Assembly (NCBI GenBank): GCA_041562555.1
Contig: JBFEXS010000032.1
Location: forward strand, 1-19,416
Direction: 5' to 3'
DNA length: 19,416 nt
From: Sulfurimonadaceae bacterium
GTDB lineage: Bacteria > Campylobacterota > Campylobacteria > Campylobacterales > Sulfurimonadaceae
In this document: piece by piece, positions 9,852 through 16,134 of the stretch
Numbering within the stretch: position 1 is the first letter of the stretch
Layout: each line of letters opens with the position of its first letter
Notes under the pieces: generated by a model
Told to the model about the DNA's origin: nothing
Seen by the model: only the letters and a program-made list of their open reading frames with translations
The model's database searches: none
Program-made: the position numbers and the translations under genes

Positions 9852-11102
9852 ATGAATGTTCTTACGGTTGATGCACTTAATGAACAGATCAAGAACCTTC
9901 TTGAGACCACTTTCATGCGAACCTTTGTCGAGGGGGAGCTTTCACGGGTAACCTATCATAACAGCGGCCATATCTATTTTACTCTGAAAGATGCCTCTGC
10001 ATCCATTTCATGCGTGATGTTTAGAGGAAATGCTTCTAAGTTGAAATTTCGTCTTGAAGAAGGCGTAAAAGTTCTTTTAGAAGCTGCAATTACTGTGTAT
10101 AAACCCCGTGGACAATATCAGCTGAATGTCATTTCGGCCGAGCCATCGGGTCAGGGAGCTTTAGCTCTTGCATTTGAACAGCTTAAGGCGAAGCTGCAGG
10201 CCCAGGGCTATTTTGATCCGGCCCATAAAAAAGAGATGCCTCGATACATTAGCAGTTTAGCGCTTGTAACCTCTGAGACAGGGGCAGCGCTTCAAGATAT
10301 GCTTCGTGTTGCCAGTGAACGTTGGCCTATGGTAAAGATATCTCTGTATGATGCAGTAGTGCAGGGAGACAGTGCAGCTAACTCTATAGCACGGGGTATC
10401 AAGCGTGCAGATCAGAACGGACATGATGTTATCGTGATTGGACGCGGAGGCGGAAGTATAGAAGATCTCTGGGGCTTTAATGAAGAGATCGTCGCCAATT
10501 CCATATACCACTGCAAGACACCGATTGTCTCGGCGGTAGGTCATGAGATCGATTGGGTGATCTCCGATTTTGTTGCTGACCTTAGAGCACCTACACCTTC
10601 GGCAGCGATGGAGATTATACTTCCTGATCGCAATGAGATGCTTTTGAGTATTGACGCTTTGATGCAACAACTGACACGAACGCAGGCGCAACGGCTGCAG
10701 CGAGCAGGAGAACAGCTTAAATACCTCAAGGAAGCCTATGCCCAGAACTCGATTGAGAATCGTTTAAAGATGAAGATGGAAGAGCTAAAACAGATAAGGG
10801 CACGGTTTAATCAGCAGTTTCATTATACCCTTGAGGGTGCAAAGCGTGAGGTACTTCCCTTGATGGAGATGTTACCGCGTTACATGAGAAATAAGCTTCA
10901 GGCCAAGGCGCAGGTACTGAAGCAGCTCGAGAATGCCTTTGCCTCCTATGATCCTAAACTCAAGAATAAGAAGGGCTTTGCACAGATCAGCCAAGATGGC
11001 AAAATTATCGAGCTTGAGAGTATTGAGAAGGGGGCATCCTTTGAAGTGATGAGTGACACGGTAGTCATTCATGCCAAGGCAGAAGGCAAGGAGTTACTTT
11101 AG
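9852..11102 (+). CDS. xseA: Exodeoxyribonuclease VII large subunit
   Basis: VEGELS...SGHIYFTLKD OB fold, RGGGSIEDLWGFN, SAVGHEID and RAPTPSAA motifs; AAGGT RBS. Confidence 0.97.
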   Translation: MNVLTVDALNEQIKNLLETTFMRTFVEGELSRVTYHNSGHIYFTLKDASASISCVMFRGNASKLKFRLEEGVKVLLEAAITVYKPRGQYQLNVISAEPSGQGALALAFEQLKAKLQAQGYFDPAHKKEMPRYISSLALVTSETGAALQDMLRVASERWPMVKISLYDAVVQGDSAANSIARGIKRADQNGHDVIVIGRGGGSIEDLWGFNEEIVANSIYHCKTPIVSAVGHEIDWVISDFVADLRAPTPSAAMEIILPDRNEMLLSIDALMQQLTRTQAQRLQRAGEQLKYLKEAYAQNSIENRLKMKMEELKQIRARFNQQFHYTLEGAKREVLPLMEMLPRYMRNKLQAKAQVLKQLENAFASYDPKLKNKKGFAQISQDGKIIELESIEKGASFEVMSDTVVIHAKAEGKELL

Positions 11103-11142
11103 TGATAAGGTGTTTGTTTATCCTTATTCACGTGTGCCTTTG

Positions 11143-11150
11143 GATATAAT
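11143..11150 (+). promoter_or_regulatory. Putative sigma70 -10 box for truD (gaTATAAT)
   Basis: TATAAT at 11145-11150 with G at -14, 38 nt before the ATG at 11189. Confidence 0.55.
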
Positions 11151-11188
11151 GCTGCTTATCACTTCAAACGCTCCCTTAAAGGTCCTTA

Positions 11189-12274
11189 ATGCAACGTATA
11201 TTCCCGCAACACCACAAGCCAATCAAGTTTAAATTCAAACAGAGTAGAGATGACTTTGTCGTCACCGAGATTCCTCTTGTCGAAACACCTGAAAACAAAG
11301 GGAACTATTTCATTGCAAGAATAGAGAAGAAGGATCTTTCTACCATGGAGATGCTGGGGATTTTGGAGGCACAATTACAGTGCTTTAGTATCGGGTATGC
11401 CGGTCTAAAAGACAAATATGCCACCACGACACAATATATCTCCGTTCCTCTGAAGTTTTCTAAGGCCTTACTAAAGTTCCGTCATCCACGTATTAAGATC
11501 TTGCAGAGCTACAAGGCCAGGGAGAAACTCTCTATAGGTGATCTTAAAGGCAATCATTTTTTTATCCGTCTGCATAATGTCACGGCTGAGTCAGCAGGCG
11601 CATTGCAAGAAGTATTGGATGATATCATGCGACATGGTATGCCGAACTATTTTGGATACCAGCGGTTCGGCAAAGAGAGCGGTAATTTTGAAAAGGCGAA
11701 AGAAGTGGCTCAAGGTGAGGTTAACATGAAGGATAAACGTGTCCAACGGATTATGCTGCATGCGTATCAGTCGTATCTTTTCAATGACTGGTTGGCCAAA
11801 AGGATTAAGCTCTCCCATGAGCTTGAAGCTCTCTCTTGTGAAGAACTGCTTGTCAACTTTAATCTTTCCCAGGAAGAGTGTGATGGTATTAAAAACCAAA
11901 CGGCACTGTTCAAAGTCTTGCCCGGGGATATCATGTATGAGATAAAAACAAAGAAATGGGTCAATGTGACAGATCTTCAAAAAATCCGAAAGCCCTATAA
12001 AGAACATAAGCTTATCCCTACCGGTTTGCTGGCGGGATCGAAGGCATGGAGAGCCAAAGGAAGAGCGGGTGAGATAGAACAGGAATATGATGATGCAAGT
12101 GTTCAGGCAGTGGGGACACGCAGAGAGGCCTGGATATATCCAAAGTCTATCCGGTATACCTATAAACAAGAACAGAAGGTATTTGAATTGAGTTTTACTT
12201 TGCCCAAGGGTTCTTATGCAACCGTATTACTCGAAAATCTTGCAAACAGGGATCTGACGCCCGAATACACTTAG
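11189..12274 (+). CDS. truD: tRNA pseudouridine(13) synthase TruD family
   Basis: DF.V.E, GYAGLKDK.A.T.Q (catalytic Asp), GDLKGNHF, PNYFGYQRFG, AYQSYLFN and F.LPKGSYAT motifs. Confidence 0.93.
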   Translation: MQRIFPQHHKPIKFKFKQSRDDFVVTEIPLVETPENKGNYFIARIEKKDLSTMEMLGILEAQLQCFSIGYAGLKDKYATTTQYISVPLKFSKALLKFRHPRIKILQSYKAREKLSIGDLKGNHFFIRLHNVTAESAGALQEVLDDIMRHGMPNYFGYQRFGKESGNFEKAKEVAQGEVNMKDKRVQRIMLHAYQSYLFNDWLAKRIKLSHELEALSCEELLVNFNLSQEECDGIKNQTALFKVLPGDIMYEIKTKKWVNVTDLQKIRKPYKEHKLIPTGLLAGSKAWRAKGRAGEIEQEYDDASVQAVGTRREAWIYPKSIRYTYKQEQKVFELSFTLPKGSYATVLLENLANRDLTPEYT

Positions 12275-12374
12275 AATGTGATGATGAGAACGCTAGTTCA
12301 GTGTTTCCTCCTTCACCACACATTTCCCACACACCCCTTGCCTAGAATATTTTCAAAAAATATAAAGGCTGAAG

Positions 12375-12767
12375 ATGAATGAGATCTTACTGTTTGACTT
12401 AGCTACAATACATGTCCGTTTTATTTCAAATTTTGCCTTAGAAAAGATATCTGAGCTTCTTCAAAAAAAGGGTTTGGATGCAGAAATTGCAATGAAACGT
12501 GCACAGGAAGTCTTTTTTAACGAGAGTGAGAAGGCAAGTCTGTTTTTGCATAATCTGACCAAGGTTGTGGATGGGAATGTGATGCGAGATATATATCAAT
12601 ACATCGCTCAAAGGGCACTATTGCAATCTCCTATTGATTTTTACTCTTATGATCAGCTTGTTGGTATGATCCAAAGAAACTATAAAATGAATATGAGTGA
12701 AGAGGAGTTGGAAAAGATACGACAGATCGCTCAAGCAAATCGGATCGGTGTCATTTTTAGTGATTGA
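12375..12767 (+). CDS. Hypothetical protein, 130 aa, probably helical and soluble
   Basis: ATG with upstream AAAGG; possible TAGAAT -10 at 12343-12348; fills the gap between truD and clpS; no motif recognised. Confidence 0.75.
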   Translation: MNEILLFDLATIHVRFISNFALEKISELLQKKGLDAEIAMKRAQEVFFNESEKASLFLHNLTKVVDGNVMRDIYQYIAQRALLQSPIDFYSYDQLVGMIQRNYKMNMSEEELEKIRQIAQANRIGVIFSD

Positions 12768-12795
12768 TCAAAGAGAAGCTGGTCCGGAGGGGCAG

Positions 12796-13089
12796 TTAGA
12801 CCTCTTCAACCAAACAGCGTATGGAAAAGCCTTGATCTTTGGCTTTAGTCTCGACCAATTCGGCCTTTGTCTCAGCAACATCAAAAAGATATACACCGCA
12901 AAGCCCTTCGCCATTGGTCGTTATCTCATCGGCGATGAGCATAGCATCTTCCTGGTTTTTATGAAAGGTGTCCATGAGTGTCTGGACGCAGAATTCCCAG
13001 GAGACGTACTTGTCATATATAATATATACAAAATACATCTTTGCTTGATCTACTGGAGGAAAAAAGTTTGTTCTAATTTCAATCGCCAT
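12796..13089 (-). CDS. clpS: ClpS-family adaptor-like protein with degenerate N-degron pocket
   Basis: Ungapped manual alignment to E. coli ClpS: MY.V.I..D.Y...EF...L...F......A..........G...CGVY..DVAETK; AGGA RBS. Confidence 0.85.
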   Translation of the reverse strand: MAIEIRTNFFPPVDQAKMYFVYIIYDKYVSWEFCVQTLMDTFHKNQEDAMLIADEITTNGEGLCGVYLFDVAETKAELVETKAKDQGFSIRCLVEEV

Positions 13090-13121
13090 GCTGTTCCTAG
13101 AAAATCTTTATCTATAGTTGA

Positions 13122-13127
13122 ATTATA
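13122..13127 (-). promoter_or_regulatory. Putative -10 box (TATAAT) for the clpS-like gene
   Basis: ATTATA on the + strand at 13122-13127, 32 nt upstream of the clpS start. Confidence 0.5.
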
Positions 13128-13142
13128 GTCAAAAAAAGATGT

Positions 13143-13156
13143 ATCTTAGCTAAGAT
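13143..13156. repeat. Perfect 14-bp palindrome ATCTTAGCTAAGAT
   Basis: Read directly; identical to its reverse complement; in the clpS-SDR intergenic region. Confidence 0.9.
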
Positions 13157-13201
13157 GATAATGTTAGTTTGGCAAAGGTTTTGTGAAGTAGGCACAGCGC
13201 C

Positions 13202-14032
13202 TTAGATCTTTATTAAGACCTTGTCCAAGATCCTTGTTGGTAGAATGCGCTTTAAACTTCCTAGAATATGTGTGGCTGAGGTGTTATAATATCGTGGTTT
13301 CGGGGTTTTGGACTCAAGGGCATGAATGACATTTTGGATAACGACTTTAGAGTCCCGTGTAAAGGGGTCTTTTTTCTTCTTTCCCTCATAAGGTAACAGC
13401 TCTTTTTTATAGGCTTGCTCAAAAACGGTAGGTTTGCCATGAATGTGCTCATAATATTTCTGCGTCGCATTTTTGCGAAAATCAGAATGCACCGGTCCGG
13501 TATTGATAGTACAGATATGGATATCATCAGGAGCCAGTTCAAGACGTAAGGTGTCACAGAGCCCTTCGATGGCATATTTTGTTGCGTTATAGGCCCCTCT
13601 GAAACGTAAAGAGATCAGTCCAAGTACCGAAGAGTGCTGAATGATACGTCCGTACCCTTGCTGACGCATTATCGGAATGATCTGACGCGTCATCTCATGC
13701 AGGCCGAATAGGTTTGTCTCAAACTGTTCTTTAAGAACCGAAGTAGGGATGTCTTCAAGTGCTCCGGGCTGTCCGTAACCGGCGTTGTTAAAGAGTGCAT
13801 ACAGTGTACCCCCGGTCTGTTTCAAAACCAGTTCAAGAGTCTGTCGGATACTCTCCGGTTGAGTGACATCAAGCATATAGGCATTCAGTCCCTCACGTGT
13901 CAGACGTTTTACATCTTCTTCTTTTCGTGCAGTTGCGAAGACCCTGTATCCATGTTTGTGCAGATAATGGGCTGTATCATAACCGATACCGCTGGAGCAT
14001 CCTGTAATAAGAATAGATTTTTCAATAGACAC
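13202..14032 (-). CDS. Short-chain dehydrogenase/reductase (YbbO-like)
   Basis: ITGCSSGIG, NNAG, SS and YNATK (YxxxK) motifs; GTG start with AGGAG RBS. Confidence 0.93.
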   Translation of the reverse strand: MSIEKSILITGCSSGIGYDTAHYLHKHGYRVFATARKEEDVKRLTREGLNAYMLDVTQPESIRQTLELVLKQTGGTLYALFNNAGYGQPGALEDIPTSVLKEQFETNLFGLHEMTRQIIPIMRQQGYGRIIQHSSVLGLISLRFRGAYNATKYAIEGLCDTLRLELAPDDIHICTINTGPVHSDFRKNATQKYYEHIHGKPTVFEQAYKKELLPYEGKKKKDPFTRDSKVVIQNVIHALESKTPKPRYYNTSATHILGSLKRILPTRILDKVLIKI

Positions 14033-14077
14033 GGGTACGCTCCTGGGATAAAGTTAAGTTCTTTTTTTGGATAAGGA

Positions 14078-14085
14078 ATTTTAGC
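14078..14085 (-). promoter_or_regulatory. Putative -10 box (gcTAAAAT) for the SDR gene
   Basis: ATTTTAGC on the + strand reads GCTAAAAT on the - strand, 45 nt upstream of the GTG start; matches gnTAnaAT. Confidence 0.5.
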
Positions 14086-14137
14086 TAAATCCTAGAGAGA
14101 TTATAGTAGACTTGCGCAAAAACAGAGTGAGATACGA

Positions 14138-14557
14138 ATGAAAAACAAGATGGTATTTAGCGTGATCGCCTTGCTTTTGGTAGCAACAGGTCTCTATTTC
14201 CTTATTATGCAAGAGAAAGGGCCTAAGCCGATCGATCCAAAGAATGTCGTGACGAAGACGGTCAATATGAGCGGGATGACCTGTCGATCATGTGAGATAG
14301 CGATCGAAAAAGTCAGTAAGAATACTGGTGTTGTTAAGATCAAGGCTTCGAGTCCGGATCAAAAAGCGGTTGTTGAATATGATCAGACGCAGACGGATAT
14401 CAATGCTATTATGGAAGCGATAGAGAAGAAAGGGTTTACCCCTGTGAGTTATGAGGATGAAGAAGGTCTGCATGAGTTAAATGCAAGTGTCGAGGAGAAG
14501 CACGAGATGAAATGCGGCGATGGTAAATGCGGCAGCGGCAAGTGCGGAGCTAAATAA
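14138..14557 (+). CDS. Heavy-metal-associated (HMA) domain protein with N-terminal signal/anchor and C-terminal KCG-repeat tail
   Basis: MKNK plus a hydrophobic segment; GMTCRSC in a CopZ/MerP-like domain (A.VEYD...T....I..AIEKKGF); ends MKCGDGKCGSGKCGAK. Confidence 0.9.
   Translation: MKNKMVFSVIALLLVATGLYFLIMQEKGPKPIDPKNVVTKTVNMSGMTCRSCEIAIEKVSKNTGVVKIKASSPDQKAVVEYDQTQTDINAIMEAIEKKGFTPVSYEDEEGLHELNASVEEKHEMKCGDGKCGSGKCGAK
14510..14554 (+). repeat. Three 15-nt-period coding repeats (KCGDG/KCGSG/KCGAK)
   Basis: AAATGCGGCGATGGT AAATGCGGCAGCGGC AAGTGCGGAGCTAAA, then TAA. Confidence 0.9.
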
Positions 14558-14591
14558 GCAGAATAGATAGAAATCAGACGAAAGAATAAAA

Positions 14592-15707
14592 ATGGAATAC
14601 TCAAGAGAATTTATAATAGCACTTTTTGATCTTAGTAATGCGATGGCCCCTTATATTCTCTTTGGTCTAGTGTTCGCAGGGATTTTACACGAAATCGTAC
14701 CGGAGAGTATTGTTACGAAACATCTGGGTAAAGAGAGTGTCTCTTCCGTTGTCAAGTCAACGATTTTCGGTATTCCGCTTCCGGTATGTTCATGCGGGGT
14801 GATTCCCCTTGCTACAAGTATTAAAAAAAGTGGTGCATCCAAGGGCGCGACACTTTCATTTTTGATCTCGACACCGATTACGGGGATTGATTCGATTCTT
14901 GCTACTTATGGGATGTTTGGATGGGTCTTTACCCTGTATCGGGTCTTCACTTCCATGGTTATCGCAACCTTTGCAGGTATCATGACGAACGTCTTTGATA
15001 AAACCCTGGAGGAAGAGGTCAAACCAAGTTTCAGTGCGGTCGCCCCTCCTGCATCTACTCCCGGAAGCTTCTCTTTTGCACCGGCCCAGCCAAAGGAAGA
15101 GGAAGTGACCTCTTGCTGTTCGACAGAGAGTTCTTGTTGTTCAAGCACTTCGGGTACCCCGTCCAAGTTTTCCTTGAAGAAAGCACTTTCCTATGCCTTT
15201 GGAACGCTATTAAGCGATATCGCAAAGCCTTTGTTGTGGGGACTTCTTATCGGTGCATTGATCACTGTTGCAATCCCTCAGAACCTCAGTGACCTCCTAG
15301 TGGAGTATTCATGGATCTCTTACATCATCGTTATCGCTATTGCGATCCCTATGTATGTCTGTGCTACTGCTTCTTTGCCTATTGCGGCGGGATTGATGCT
15401 CTCAGGAGTGAGTGCAGGTGCCGCTTTTGTCTTTTTAAGTGCAGGTCCCGCGACCAACACTGTGACGATCGGTGTCGTTAGGAAGATGCTGGGTTCACGT
15501 TCTTTGTATATCTATCTCGGCAGTATCGCTTTTGGGAGTATTCTGTTTGGTTTGGGATTGGATTATGTCTTCTCTGTCAATGATATCAACCCAAAATCTC
15601 TTGTACACATGCATGAAGAGGTCGGTGTATTAGAAATCGCAAGCAGCATCGTGCTTTGGTTGATGGTGTTTTATTATATCATCAAGCCGTATTTGAAAAA
15701 GGCTTAG
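14592..15707 (+). CDS. SO_0444-like / DUF318 (ArsP_1) permease, putative Cu/Zn efflux
   Basis: Multiple TM segments; PLPVCSCGVIP, SFLISTP.TG.DS, PMYVCATASLP and FL.AGPATN motifs; central SCCS-SCCS loop; C-terminal HMHEE. Confidence 0.85.
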   Translation: MEYSREFIIALFDLSNAMAPYILFGLVFAGILHEIVPESIVTKHLGKESVSSVVKSTIFGIPLPVCSCGVIPLATSIKKSGASKGATLSFLISTPITGIDSILATYGMFGWVFTLYRVFTSMVIATFAGIMTNVFDKTLEEEVKPSFSAVAPPASTPGSFSFAPAQPKEEEVTSCCSTESSCCSSTSGTPSKFSLKKALSYAFGTLLSDIAKPLLWGLLIGALITVAIPQNLSDLLVEYSWISYIIVIAIAIPMYVCATASLPIAAGLMLSGVSAGAAFVFLSAGPATNTVTIGVVRKMLGSRSLYIYLGSIAFGSILFGLGLDYVFSVNDINPKSLVHMHEEVGVLEIASSIVLWLMVFYYIIKPYLKKA

Positions 15708-16054
15708 TTGTCACTAAGGCCTTGAACCTTCAGCAGTATTACTTGGCTTACTTTTGAGGGATCTGTATTGAAAAAGAGCAGGGCATCTTCATACTCTTCG
15801 CTCTGAGGGGTCAGGGTATGTGTACTGACCTCACAGTTTAAACTGTTTAATGCGGGTGTCTTCTCATTGAAAACCAGTTGCATGGTATCCGAACTGTGTA
15901 AGACTTCATTTTTAATAATAAGGTAGAAATTTTGCATATCTTTGACGTAAAGTGAAGTGATAGGAAAAGATATTGCCGTGTCCTTTTCACCTGTCTTGAC
16001 TAAAAAGTTCTTTTGGCTTTGGATGAATCGAATATGTAGCTTAGAAAGTGACAT
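15704..16054 (-). CDS. Hypothetical protein, degenerate pyridoxamine 5'-phosphate oxidase-like (split-barrel) family
   Basis: Start reassigned to ATG 16054 (AAGGA RBS), giving 116 aa. FIQSQKNFLVKT, MQLVF, P.SEEYEDAL..F and QVILLKV resemble PNPOx-like proteins. Stop overlaps the permease stop (TTAG 15704-15707). Confidence 0.65.
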   Translation of the reverse strand: MSLSKLHIRFIQSQKNFLVKTGEKDTAISFPITSLYVKDMQNFYLIIKNEVLHSSDTMQLVFNEKTPALNSLNCEVSTHTLTPQSEEYEDALLFFNTDPSKVSQVILLKVQGLSDN

Positions 16055-16103
16055 TGTGTTTCCTTGGAAATAATAGGCAAAATTATTGCATATTTTTCCA
16101 AGA

Positions 16104-16119
16104 AGCAGATGAATCTGCT
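16104..16119 (-). terminator. Possible weak hairpin/terminator after the 434-aa gene
   Basis: AGCAGAT-GA-ATCTGCT inverted repeat 15 nt after the stop; only a short U tract (UCUU) follows on the - strand. Confidence 0.35.
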
Positions 16120-16134
16120 GAAAGATGTCTCGTT

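Noticed and set aside
9852..11102. xseA without xseB
   Set aside because: xseB is commonly encoded elsewhere; ubiE-xseA adjacency is known from C. jejuni.
11591..12169. 192-aa antisense ORF inside truD
   Set aside because: Fully nested opposite a conserved gene; no recognisable motifs.
12697..13128. 143-aa + strand ORF
   Set aside because: Antisense to the clpS-like gene, which has clear family homology and an RBS.
13156..13170. TGATAAT as a Fur/PerR box
   Set aside because: Only one half-site; the second half (TTAGTTT) does not match ATTATCA.
13146..14088. TTAGCTAA on both sides of the SDR gene (13146-13153 and 14081-14088) as a target-site duplication
   Set aside because: No transposase or terminal repeats; the second copy is explained by the SDR -10 box (gcTAAAAT on the - strand).
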